From assembly GCA_951406725.2 (NCBI GenBank), contig OX597815.1, positions 150,288,001 through 150,352,000 on the forward strand: 64,000 nucleotides of DNA, in the 5' to 3' direction. The position numbers and the translations under genes are program-made. The notes beneath the pieces are model-generated. The model worked only from the letters and a program-made list of their open reading frames with translations, searched no databases and was not told the origin of the DNA. The first letter of the stretch is position 1. Every line of letters starts with the position of its first letter. Of the stretch, positions 13,629 through 25,906 are shown piece by piece. Origin of the DNA: Octopus vulgaris (lineage: Eukaryota).

Positions 13629-14148
13629 TGGTATTATTTCTACGCAGCCAAATTCTCTTCTTCCCTGTTTCAGGACGCAATCTCGAACCGATATTGACCC
13701 AGTGACCTGAATGAATTAGAAGTCAAATTAGTAGACCAATCAAGAGTGAAATCCTTTCCGATGCAGCGATCAAGATACATAATACTATTATTTTCACTGC
13801 ATTTCAGGATAAGAGTCAAATAGCCAGCAGCAAAACTTGATTATTGAAGAGTGAGAGAAAATATGGCCAAGCTGAGGCTGAATAGCTATTCGTTTATTCT
13901 GTTAATCTAATATTTAATATCCACCACGATTTATGTACAAGTTTTATATAATATCATACGGTTATTTGTTGATTTGCGTTCTATCGTAATTCGAAAAGAA
14001 GGCCAAGTACTGATACATACACTCATTCCTAAATGTATGATTCAACCATTCATATATATTTATGTATATATGAATATACGTAAGTATATTTGAATGGTTA
14101 TATATAATTAAATATATATATATATATATTTATAAAAATTTATATAAA

Positions 14149-14291
14149 GTGCAGGAGTGGCTGTGTGGTAAGTAGCTTGCTTACCAACCACATGGTTCCG
14201 GGTTCAGTGTCTTCTACTATAGCCTCGGGCCGACCAAAGCCTTGTGAGTGGATTTGGTAGACGGAAACTGAAAGAAGCCCATCGTATATAC

Positions 14292-14330
<39 letters not shown>

Positions 14331-14566
14331 TGTGCGTGTATGTTTGTGTGTCTGTGTTTGTCCCCCTAGCATTGCTTGACAACCGATGCTGGTGTGTTTA
14401 TGTCCCCGTCACTTAGAGGTTCGGCAAAAGAGACCGATAGAATAAGTACTGGACTTACAAAGAATAAGTCCCGGGGACGAGTTGCTCGACTAAAGGCGGT
14501 GCTCCGGCATGGCCGCAGTCAACTGACTGAAACAAGTAAAAGAGTAAAAGAGTAGAGTAAAGAGTA
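14149..14566 (+). mobile_element. tRNA-derived SINE family A (internal microsatellite, GTAAAAGA tail)
   Basis: GCAGGAGTGGCTGTGTGGTAAG...GGTTCAGT...GGAAACTGAAAGAAGCCC-(TA)n-...GACTGAAACAAGTAAAAGAG; matches 63167 apart from a short deletion. Confidence 0.9.
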
Positions 14567-15114
14567 AGTATATATTTATATAAACGCATGCTCACATGCC
14601 TGGTTCCATAGCTCCGTCTCTGTCCATGCATCTGTCCACACATGAATATAATACATATACATTTACACGTGTATTACGCACACGCACATTACGAAGCTGT
14701 AATGAGCCGACAATTATCCGTCGTCTGTTAGTTATTCATTATACATATTTACATTGAAGCATAAATGCAACCTTTCATACAAATACAGAGACACGAGTAT
14801 ATATACACACAAAACGCAACAGTAACGTCACTTATAGAAAAAAATAGTCCAAAAGTTACTATAAGGAATTTACATTGGATGGGGTTGGATTGCCCATGTT
14901 CGATCCACTGGAGGACGAAGGCCTCAGCATGTTATCACCACCAACCAGTCTGATGTGGAGGCTATAATCTTGCGCTTGAAATCATCATGATTTGATGAGC
15001 CTACTTTGCCACACTGCTTCCATATGGCTTGGCAGAGGGGTGCAGTTGTTATACTCACACGCAGGAGTATTTAAATCGATTGCATCGAATCCGAAGCCCA
15101 CATGGCACATATTA

Positions 15115-15295
15115 TCGACCCTGAAGGTAGTAGTAGTAGTAGTAGTAATGATGATAATAATAACAACAATAACAACATCGAAAAATACCTGTCCCCCAAG
15201 ACACCTAATGAAGTCTGAGAGGTATATCAGCCGAAACGTTGTGTTAACAACAAGCAAGATGAAGACAATTATCCGTCAAATGTAAATAATGTAGG
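15115..15295 (+). mobile_element. 5'-truncated copy of the microsatellite-hammerhead element seen at 22538
   Basis: Triplet tract, ACATCGAAAAATACCT, then ACAC-CTaATGA-AGTCTGA...TCAGCC-GAAA-CG-TT-GTGT and the same tail (CAAGATGA...TATCCGTCAAATGTAAATAATG). Confidence 0.85.
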
Positions 15296-16086
15296 AGCTA
15301 GTTACTAATAAGACAAGATATATACCAATAAACTATGTCACCCAATGATAACAATTTATGCCTTAAAATTATCAGATTCATACATTTCTTAACTGTTAGA
15401 TTTAATGTTGCTACAATCTTCCTAAATAGACATGCCCTCATAAATTCAATAGAAGCAACCTCAATCTCAGTTACAGCTGCAACAATATTATAAGATAATT
15501 ATTCAAATTTCAGGAATACAAATGCGCAGCTCCTTAATAATTCATAGAATACTGAAGTAATTATCGACGAATAGAAAGTTACATTCATTAACACAATTCT
15601 CTTGTTAAATAAGAATGTAGATTGACTCAAACAGAAGTATCCCAGCCTATACTTATCGCATTGGAAATCTTGAAACTACGTTAGCGAGTCAGTTAAGTTA
15701 GTTCTCACCGTGCCATGATGCACATCGGACCATAGCACAATCACACCAACCAGTTTTGTTTTCACCACACTTTTTGCCATACATATGTGTGCATGCGCGT
15801 GTGTGTTTACGTGTGCGTTTGTATGTATGTATGTGTGTGTGTGTGTGTGTGTGTGTGCACGCCCTGTGTACGTGCGTGTGTGTTTGTGTGTGTGCTTTTG
15901 TGTGTGCGCGCGTGTATGTTTGTGTGTTTAGTGTTTGCTGTCGAAACAAAGAAGACTTCTTAACATAGTAATGATTTATAATGTTTTTAATTATGTCGAG
16001 TTAGTCTGTTGCTAATCTCAGTTTTCAGCAGTAGGTGCACGATGTATTCAGAACAGAAGGGAAGAACGGATTTCACACACACACAC

Positions 16087-16130
<44 letters not shown>

Positions 16131-17118
16131 ACATTAGTTACATACACATATCATACATGTATCCACACTCGTGCAGCTGGTGATGTTTTTTTTTTCCTCT
16201 CTGGACTTTCCCGTTTTCTTTTCTGACGAATCGATTGACACAAAATGTTAAAACACTCTTTTTACCGAGCATCAAGCGATTACGTTCCATATGAACGACC
16301 TCTTGTTGTTTTGTTAGGTTAGATAATTCGATGTGACAATATATATATATATATATATATTCTGAGTTACCTATTCTGGGGTACTTGAAATGTAATGTTC
16401 CCTTCTCTCTTTTATATACGCTGATACATTTGTTTAACTACGAATGTGCTGTTTCACTTTAATGATGTTTATTTACCCATCAACTATGATGTTCCGGACG
16501 CGTCGTCTGTCATCGTTTCACTGCGAACTGCTAAAGGTTCAAAGCAGTGTTTGTGAATTGAAGTTAAACTCTTCATGTCTTAATTTTTCGTTACTTGAAG
16601 TCAATTTCAGAGTTGCCATACACTGTAAGCATGTAGCAAATACATTCCTTTAACTCTAATTTTTCAATCAGAAATTATATTGCCATTTTTTAATGTACTA
16701 ATCATACTTCTCTCCAAAAAAATAGCTCCCTTTGCTGTTGACGAAAATAAATTCGCAGAAGGGAAGTTTCAGCATCTTCCTTCAATTCTTTTACACCATT
16801 TATGTGGCTATTTTCTGACTAGAAAGTTCACGTTCATGTAAAACAACTATAATTTGTAGTCATTATCCGTAATCTACTCCCTATACACTTCAGAAGCTCT
16901 ACTTTGCATCGCTTGCAAACTTATATGATCTATGATCATTAAAGAGCAACGACCTCCACAGTTTGGTTTCTTGTTCCCAGGTTAATCAGAATTATAGATT
17001 GCAGTGCAGCTCATACACCTTCTCTGTAGTTCGCTTATTTGGTGAAAAAATACCACCAAAGCAACTTAACCCGTGTAAAGGACGGGTGCGTATGATAGTA
17101 TATATATATTCGCACATA

Positions 17119-17418
17119 CAGTTGCGGCCAAAATGTTCAGAACGGTATTGTTTTTGTCAGAAAAGTAGATATTTTTTATCAAAGTTGTTTTATATTCTAT
17201 AATTTTCACAGACAATAAATACGATATTATTCGTAATTTGAGAGGATAATACGAAAGTTATGGATGATTTAGCGATTACACCAAAATCTCAGACAATAAC
17301 AATTAATATTGTATTTACTGTCTGTGAAAATTATAGAATATAAAACAACTTTGATAAAAAAATTATACCTACTTTTCTGACGAAAACAATGCCGTTCTGA
17401 ACATTTTGGCCGCAACTG
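17119..17418. mobile_element. Tc1/mariner-type MITE, 300 bp, long TIRs, TA target duplication
   Basis: TA-CAGTTGCGGCCAAAATGTTCAGAACGG...CCGTTCTGAACATTTTGGCCGCAACTG-TA; arms pair over about 110 bp. Confidence 0.93.
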
Positions 17419-17656
17419 TATATATTTTAATAAATTCTTATGAATTTTTATCTTGTCTCATATATGTGAACACATCTATGTATATTATGGAGAATTTCGA
17501 CAATTTGAATGAATATGTATACCGACCTTTGAAATTTGTTTCTTTCTAAATTTTATATTTCTGAAGCTCCATTAGAATTGCAAAATTGTTGTGCTGCATA
17601 AAGTAGATAACTATACTATTTACTTCTTCATTATCTGAAATATTGTCCAGGTAATT

Positions 17657-17725
17657 CCAGCTGATGAAGACTAATCAAATTTACAATGACAAACGTATTT
17701 GAAGAGACCGAAACCTAGGTACTGG
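17657..17725 (+). ncRNA. Type I hammerhead ribozyme
   Basis: CCAG-CTGATGA-(extended stem II, TCAAAT/ATTTGA, damaged base)-GAAA-CCTAGG-TA-CTGG; palindromic stem III. Confidence 0.7.
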
Positions 17726-18569
17726 TTTATCCGATTCTGGATTGTCCATTTATATAATATTCTTCCTAGAGGTAACACAAAATTCGCTGCCCTCACTCGC
17801 TTTTTGGCCAGTATATACACAGTGAAGCTTTATTATAGCGTCGTAAATATATCGTAAATGGATTCCAGTTGTAGGCTGCATTGTGGAGGGGAAATGATAT
17901 AAAGTCTAAAAGATGAGTAACAACAGAAGAAAATAGGTAAAAAGCAAAGAAAATGTAAAATGAAAGAAAGAAGAAAAAGAAAACTGAAAAAAATAATCTT
18001 TTTATAAAACGAATGAAGATAAAAAGAAAACAAAGACGAGAACAGAGGAAAATAAGGGAAGGGGGAGGGCAGAGGAGGAATAGAAGTAGAAGAGTAAGAA
18101 GAAGAAGAAGAAGAAGTTGAAGAAGATGAAGAAGAAGAAGAAGAAGAAGAACTGTGATTTAATGAGGAATGGTGTATGAAGAATGGAGAGATTTGACAGT
18201 GATATGATATTTCAATGGAAACAAAAGAAGATAAGTGACCAACTCTACTTGGAGCCTTGTGGTGTATGTATATGTGAATATACACGCATACGTATATGTG
18301 TATGTTTCATCCATAAGCGTTTGCGCGAAAAAGTATATGTTGTCGAACTAAGGACTAAGTATTTCTTTGAAGTTCATATACCCTCAAATATGCATAAATC
18401 GGTACATGTACACACACACATTCACGGACAAACACACACATAGATATAGATAAGCACGAAACAGGTAGTAATAAACAGTCGACAACTGAGGAGGAGTTAG
18501 ACTTCTTGTAGTATTTTGCCCCGTACTTGTATCTCGTATGTTTATGGATTTTTTGCTCGTTGGTGATGT

Positions 18570-18647
<78 letters not shown>

Positions 18648-18649
18648 TG

Positions 18650-18955
18650 AGCTGAGACACCCTTCGGTCATGACTGACCGTGGTATTGCAGCTAGAAAGT
18701 TACCCTCCCAGGCACAAGTCCGGGCAATGTTGTTTTATGAAAGACCAGCAGTTGCCCATGCATACCGGCCTCCCCTTTCCATGCCACCAGTGTTAACCAA
18801 GGGAAAGGCAGATACATTTCTACAGCTGAGTGAACTGGAGCAACGTGAAATAATGTATCATGCTCAAGAACACAACACGCAGTCCAGTCCGGGATTCGAA
18901 CTCACAACCTCACGATCGTAAGCTTGACGCTCTAGCCAATGAACCGTGAGGCTTC
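18650..18955 (-). mobile_element. tRNA-derived SINE family C
   Basis: Reverse complement aligns with 62562-62900 (B-box GAGTTCGAATCC; CATGACCGAAGGG 3' end). Confidence 0.88.
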
Positions 18956-18977
18956 ACTATATATATATATATATATA

Positions 18978-19060
18978 TAAGTGCAGCAAAATTTAGATTC
19001 AAATGAATATGGTACTTAAGTCAGATGCACCAGAATTTTGTACGGTATTATCCATATAAC
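18978..19060 (-). repeat. 3'-end fragment of the repeat also found at 55870
   Basis: AAGTKCAGCAAAATTTAGATTCAAATGAATATGGTACTTAAGT..GATGCACCAGAATTTTGTA is shared; both copies abut (TA)n. Confidence 0.85.
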
Positions 19061-19092
19061 ATATATATATAATTATATATATTATCCATATA

Positions 19093-19128
<36 letters not shown>

Positions 19129-19130
19129 TT

Positions 19131-19191
<61 letters not shown>

Positions 19192-19896
19192 CGAACGTGT
19201 GTGGGTGTGTTTGTATGTATGCATGCATACATACAAGTAGATCAATGGCACCCTATTTAAATAGATCAATATATATATACGCACATATACAAACTGAACT
19301 TTTGTATGTCATCAGACTTGTAAAAGTGATCTCTAATTCAAAGAAAACTAATTAACCATCCCCGCCGCGGCCTAGATCATTTAAAAATTGATCATCTACA
19401 ATAAACTGCAGATAGAGAAATCAATTCAACGCTTCTTTCCTGACCAACGTCTTTGAAAGAATGGAACTATTAACCCTTGTTAACCTATTATCACGATTTA
19501 TATTCTCCTCTTAAATGTGTCGTGTATACGCTCTTTTCATTTGCAGCTTAACTGGATCACTGGAACAATCACATCACGTGTTTGCCGCATTCGTTTTTCA
19601 CAGATCAAAAATTTAATTGCTTTGTTGTTAGTTTTTGTTTTATCTTTAAAAGACTATCACCTCCATTCAACATGATGCAAATCTACTTCAGAACCATTAA
19701 TCATTTAAATACCTCATAAAAGATACCAATGAATTTTCTGCTTTTCTGCTTTATATCAAAACATGTGCGTATTACTTATTACGTTAGGTGAGATGGCAAC
19801 AAGGTTAATTTCTGCTTTAGAAATTACTTATTTCAATAGAATTTTACAACTAATCTACTAAACGTAACAATGTAATATGTGTGTACATATCTTCTC

Positions 19897-19956
<60 letters not shown>

Positions 19957-20057
19957 TCTATCTATCTATCTATCTACCTATCTATCTCCCCTTGCTCTCT
20001 CTCTCTCTCTGTATATATATATATATCAAAATAAGCAACAACAATTACTCCGGTAAT

Positions 20058-20143
20058 TTGGTAAGATCGTTTCGTACTACATCATTTTATTAAATGTTGT
20101 AAGTATTACCACATATTTAAGACGCTGAGTACTCATCAGCCAA
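20058..20143 (-). ncRNA. Type I hammerhead ribozyme with long loop II
   Basis: Minus strand: TTGG-CTGATGA-GTACT(about 50 nt)AGTAC-GAAA-CGATCT-TA-CCAA, about 30 nt from a (TA)n end. Confidence 0.75.
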
Positions 20144-20530
20144 TTATAGAGGTTTTCCATTAATACAAAAATTTTCAAATCAAGTGGCAACATTATAGAG
20201 AAGGTAGATATACAGACAAAGATGTGGATTTAACTTTTAAGAACATATGAGGTAGTGGAGTGCCTCCACTGACTGACTAAGATTTGGTTCTTCCAGACTG
20301 CTGTAAGGTTGTGAGAGGGAAAAGTAAGTTGAAGGAAGCAATAAAGATTTTTTAATTGTAGAAATGGGGTAAAGGGGTTTCAGAACTCCATAAAAGGAAT
20401 TCATGTATATATATATACATACATACATACATACTACTAAGCATTTCGGCCAGCGTGCTAACTTTTCTGCCAGTTCGAACTTTTATGTAAATTGGCGTTG
20501 CAAGCACATTTGGTGCAGAATCAATTGTAA

Positions 20531-20944
20531 CTCTTTACTCTCTTTTACTCTTTTACTTGTGTCAGTCATTTGACTGCGTCCATGCTGGAGCACCGCCTTT
20601 AATCGAGCAACTCGACCCCGGGACTTATTCTTTTGTAAGCCCAGTACTTATTCTATCGGTCACTTTTGCCGAACCGCTAAGTAACGGGGACATAAACACA
20701 CCAGCATTGGTTGTCAAGCAATGCTAGGGAGACAAACACAGACACACAAACACACACACACGCATATATATATATATATACATATATACGACGGGCTTCT
20801 TTCAGTTTCCGTCTACCAAATCCACTCACAAGGCTTTGTTCGGCCCGAAGCTATAGTAGAAAACACTTGCCCAAGGTGCCACGCAGTGGGATTGAACCCG
20901 GAACAATGTGGTTGGTAAACAAGCTACTTACCACACAGCCACTC
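20531..20944 (-). mobile_element. SINE family A
   Basis: Near full-length reverse complement of 63167-63655. Confidence 0.92.
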
Positions 20945-21124
20945 ATTAGAGTGGCAGTTCGTGAGACTTCTATCAAATTTGCGTTCTTACATTGTTCGTC
21001 TTCCAGACATTTAATAAATATTTAACTGATCATTAAATATTTATTAAAGAATCTCTTTGCCTTATTATTTGTATGATATTTTACACTTCGCTGCACCCAC
21101 ACAACGGTTTTACTGACATGAAAC

Positions 21125-21750
21125 CAGGATTTTCTACACCTGAAGAATTTCGGCATTATTCTGGAATTCGACAGTGTTGATAGCTCAAAACTATCTTCAA
21201 ATTCCATCCTGAAGGTAGGCCTATTTTTTAAGGTGTTCATTACATTGCTCGTGTGTATACTTATCGTAAGATTGGTGGTTTTTGAAGCTTTCGCTTTCAT
21301 TTTTGACAAGCAGTATTTTTACCCTTCTTTCATTAAAATATTTAATATTATACTTATTAAAGTAGAAGTTATGCTAACCGCCTCATAATTGCTGTTTTTA
21401 ACAGCAATAATGCTTTTATATCGTTACTTTTTTGTTGTTTACGATGGTTTCTCTTTAAACGGAGTGGAGCGTTTAAAGTTCAAAACGCACACGTGTTAAC
21501 GTAGTGAATATTTTGGAAATAGATGTTACTATCTCCAACTGAAGAGTGCAAAGCATGTTTTCTAATGCACAGCGTGAAATCAATTGATATTGGAGTATGT
21601 AAACTATCTTCAAATTCCATTCTGAAGGCAGGCCTTTTTTAAGGTGTTCATTGCATTGTTCGTATATGTATTTATCGTAGGATTGGTGGTTTGAAGCTTT
21701 CGCTTTTATCTTTGGCCAGCGATACTTTTACCCTTTTTATTCAAATATAT
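21125..21750 (+). mobile_element. Partial tandem pLTR-like repeat (about 412-bp spacing)
   Basis: 21189-21340 is duplicated at 21602-21747; each copy is preceded by a CTGAAGA motif; ends in (TA)n. Confidence 0.75.
21533..21595 (+). ncRNA. Type I hammerhead ribozyme
   Basis: CTCCAA-CTGAAGA-GTGC..GCAT..ATGC..GCGT-GAAA-TCAATTGA-TA-TTGGAG: perfect 6-bp stem I and palindromic stem III. Confidence 0.85.
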
Positions 21751-22537
21751 ATATATATATATTTGTGGTTTATATGATACGTACAGCATGTTCCCGTTCG
21801 GAATCCATTTAACCGCGGAGCTTATTTAGAGCTGATCTTAAACTAAACGCCAATAACAATAAATTACATGATAAGCTGCAGGGATCTGGAGTCTGCGTCC
21901 ATGGGTTGTATTTCTGTTATAATTATTTCCTATAAGCCACATTTATGATACGTTCCACAAACTTCGAATGTCAAAGCTCCGGTATGATCTTTACATTGAA
22001 AGGAGACGGAATAATCCTCGTTTCATCTCTCTGCATACGATGAAATACATATCAGTAACATACTTCGATTTATTCATTTGCATATATTGATCTATTTAAA
22101 TAAGGAGTTATTGATCTACTTCAAAAGATAAACGGCAAAACGCGATTACGTCAATTCTCAATAAAATTATCGATCATGGCAAGTGATAAACACGTGGTAG
22201 ACTCCGTACGCGAAAGAAGCGCCATGTGACCTCCTATCTCAGTCGAGGCCATTCGCTTCTACGTACTGTAGTGACCTGAGTAAAGACACAAATGTAAAAT
22301 GCTCACATTTTAATCTACTCAATTTAGCATAAGTTTCCAGAGATAAGTAAATGAATTTAAAGAATATTACGAGGAACAGGTTATAATTATTTTCTTGGTA
22401 TAAAATAGTGTTGTATAAAATAGGACAGAACAAGTTATATTACTCAATATCAAAACTAAAACCGCAGGCGTTTTGTTGAGTAATCAGTAGGACAGAATTG
22501 TGGTTGAAGAGTATAAAGGATGATAATAATTACAAGT

Positions 22538-22686
22538 TCATTATTTACATTATATACATTTGACGGATATTTGTCCTCATCTTGTTTGTTATTAACACAA
22601 CGTTTCGGCTGATATATCCTCCAGCCTTCCTCAGGTGTCTTGCGAAAATTTCGAAGCTGGGTTCTCATTCCTAAGGTATTGTTCGA

Positions 22687-22717
<31 letters not shown>

Positions 22718-22733
22718 CTTCTTCTTCTTCTTC

Positions 22734-22801
<68 letters not shown>

Positions 22802-22891
22802 GTTGTTGTTGTTATTTATGTCACTGCCTGGAATCGAACTCGGAATCTTGGGGTTAGTAGCCCGCGCTCTTAACAACCAAGCCATATGCCC
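22538..22891 (-). mobile_element. SINE-like element: tRNA-like head, triplet microsatellite, hammerhead tail
   Basis: Minus strand: GGGCATATGGCTTGGTTGTTAAGAGCGCGGGCTACTAACCCCAAGATTCCGAGTTCGATTCCAGGC (A-like and B boxes), (AAC/AAT/AAG)n, then a hammerhead at 22594-22639. Confidence 0.8.
22594..22639 (-). ncRNA. Minimal type I hammerhead, intact core
   Basis: GACAC-CTGAGGA-A-GGCTGG AGGATATA TCAGCC-GAAA-CG-TT-GTGTT. Confidence 0.8.
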
Positions 22892-23047
22892 AGGTTCGAA
22901 ATTTCCGCAAGACACCTGAGAAAGGCTGGAGGGCATATCAGCTGAAACGTTGTGTTAACAACAAACAAGATGAGGACAAATATGTGTCAAATGTAAATAA
23001 TGCAAATAATGGACATAATTCCTCATCTCTTAAATATAGAACTGTAA
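22889..23047 (+). mobile_element. Inverted, 5'-truncated second copy of the hammerhead tail
   Basis: Reverse complement of about 22540-22660; hammerhead at 22911-22956 has CTGAGaA; ends CTCTTAAATATAGAACTGTAA. Confidence 0.88.
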
Positions 23048-23569
23048 TTGCAAGTTATTATACCAAGCACGAGGAGGTGAACACTGCAAAGCAGGAAGTA
23101 AGCGCCTAATAATTTGAGAAGGCATCTAAATTTGATCGTACAATCACGCAGGATTATTTTGCTATCAATTGGTATTTTCTCTTAACAAAACATATATAAT
23201 TGTTGATGGAGAAATTTCAATTTTCCATCACATGAAACCTATTTAAACATCTAATAAGATGTTGCCAGAGATCTGGGTAAAATATATGTAGAAGAGAAGA
23301 AAAATCTAGATTATAGTCAGAGTAGCTGGAATCTTCATCAACGAGTATAGTGTTTGAGGACGAACATGCATTTGCAGTGAAACGTATTTTATGGTTTTAA
23401 TTTAATTTGAAAGCCTATCTTTTCAACTAATTGCGAATTTCAGAAACACCTATTTATATTTCTTCATTAGCATTTGTAATTATTTGTTTAAATTAATTAC
23501 AATTTGGTTTTCAAAATAGAAACTGCACAGAAATCTCGTAAAGTTAAATAAAAAATCAGTGTGCATGCT

Positions 23570-23659
<90 letters not shown>

Positions 23660-24684
23660 CGCGCGCATTTACTCCGAACTGACAACAAATTTGGAGACAC
23701 ATTGGAGCATCAGAGAAAAGGCGAACACTCTGCGCTGCGAGCTCAAATCTCGCTTTCGGCATTCAATTTCGGCCTCGCTTTCGGCCTTCACTTTTGTGGT
23801 GATCCACAAAAATCTCAATCCGTTGGGCCGAGTGATGGATTACAAGACTGTTATTTATCATACAGGTCTTTGCGTTCTTACGGTGACGCGTGCAGAGATA
23901 CAAGTACCGTGTTGTATCGATCTTACCTTCTTTTTCAAAAATGTCGGAGACATGTAGAACGCAGCATTGAATGCGTGGACATGTCATTCTTCCATAAAAC
24001 ACCTTTAATATACTTGCGACTAAGAGAGAAATTTTCCAGTTCCAGAACCCGAAGTCAAGCATGACTGTAGTGGGCCCTATTATATTTTGAAATTGCCCAT
24101 CTTTTAAACATTTTTTTAAAGATTTTATAAATAATTATATCTTATTAAAATAATAGTTTTAACCGGTTATTCAATATTATTTAGTAATGTGGACTCATAA
24201 GAAGTCATTTGGAGCCACTGTAGACGCGTAAGAAAGTTCCCCAAGGTCTGATCTAGAAATTGGACGAATGAGATGAATTATGATAATGGTAGTTTCTTGT
24301 AGTCCGAGAAGGGCTGTTCGGTAATTCTGAGGAACAACCGGCACAAATGACTTGTTTATAGAAATCCAATGTTTGTTCTGTACATTACCTCATTCCTTCT
24401 ATCAGATTGCCGTAACCTGTATGGTGGAACACTCATCAGATGTCGAAGTGATTGCAGAGCAACGTGAGAGGAGGTGTCTTGCTCAAAACACAAAGTATCC
24501 CCCGGTCCAAGAATTGAAACCACGACCTTGCGATCTTGAATGCAACACCAGAAACGCTAGGCCATGCACACTCACAAGAGGAATTATATACATAATATAA
24601 CTGACATAATGAAAACTGATCTTGTTATGCATGGACTTGAATGAAACAATTCACCTTGCGCTATGGTTGTGGAACATACTATTT

Positions 24685-24825
24685 TACTTTGACTGTGGCC
24701 ATGTTGGAGCACCGTCTTTAGTCGAGCAAATCGACCCCAGGACTTATTCTTTGTAAGCCTAGTACTTATTCTATCGGTCTCACTGGTTGTCAAGCGATGT
24801 TGCGGGCACAAATACAGGCATACAA

Positions 24826-24860
<35 letters not shown>
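24685..24860 (-). mobile_element. SINE family A 3' fragment
   Basis: TTGACTGTGGCCATGTTGGAGCACCG...GACTTATTCTTTGTAAGCCTAGTACTTATTCTATCGGTCTC. Confidence 0.8.
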
Positions 24861-24881
<21 letters not shown>

Positions 24882-25701
24882 CAAGTTTTGGTCTTGATAT
24901 TAACTCTGACGCGCACTCTTCACCTTTCTGTCCCTTCCCTATTCTTTGATTTTCTTTTTCCTCTACTTAACTTGTCTCTTCCTCTCTCTCTCTCTCATTC
25001 TTCACTCTCTCTCTCCTCCTCACCATTCTTCATGGTTTCCTCGCAGCCATTCCCCTTCTTCTCTCCCTTCCTCTTGCTCCTCCTTCCCCCTTCCCGTCGT
25101 CCACCCGCGACGATACTTCCGCTCTGACTGTCTTTCTGGCCTTTCAAGGTAACTGGACGACATTCTTCCTGCTCCCCTGTCGTTCACAAAAAATTCTGCG
25201 TTTGCAATACTTTTTTCGTTCGGCGTTAACAGCCCTTCTTATCTTGTTTTTCCCTGTCCTGTCTTTTACTGTTTATATTTTTGTACTGTCGTTACTGTCC
25301 TGTTTTTTTACCATTTTTTTACCATTTTTTACCCCTCTGCGAAAAGATCTCAGAATTTTAATTGATTTGCTTTTCGCAGGAAGGAAAGTTTCTTGTCGAA
25401 GATACGTTTCGCTTTTATCCTTCGAAACGTAGAGTAGATGAAACCATAGGGTTTTTTTCTTTGTGTTCATTGTCCTGTACTCCATTTTTTGTTGTTTTAA
25501 AAAAATGTCCAGTTCCTTTGGTTTGTGTCTATGTTTTCGTTTCTCTTTGTGTTCGACGTCCCTTTGGTGTCCTGTACTCATATATGCGTGTATATGTACA
25601 TGTAGAGGTAGGTACGTACATATATGTTTATATATATGCATATGTTTTATTTCATTTATTAATATATTATATGACTAAACGCACGCACCCCCTTAAGTAA
25701 G

Positions 25702-25779
<78 letters not shown>

Positions 25780-25780
<1 letters not shown>

Positions 25781-25906
25781 GATGGGCTTCTTTCAGTTTC
25801 CGTCCACCAAATCCACTCACAAAGCTTTGGTCGGCCCGAGGCTATAGTAGAAGACACTTGCCCAAGGTGCCACGCAGTGGGACTGAACCAAGAACCATGT
25901 GGTTGA
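25780..25906 (-). mobile_element. SINE family A 5' fragment
   Basis: GGGCTTCTTTCAGTTTCCGTC...CCCAAGGTGCCACGCAGTGGGACTGAACC. Confidence 0.85.

Noticed and set aside
13650-13720. Strong-looking splice acceptor (CTCTTCTTCCCTGTTTCAG/G)
   Set aside because: All three frames hit a stop within about 40 nt and no donor is evident; no coding exon supported.
22820-22891. Functional tRNA gene (also 62562-62635)
   Set aside because: The acceptor stem does not close and the sequence continues into a repeat body; these are SINE heads.
23655-24064. Complex sequence with overlapping ORFs, possible exon or recombinase remnant
   Set aside because: No convincing motif or splice pair; the ORF starts lie in the (TG)n tract.
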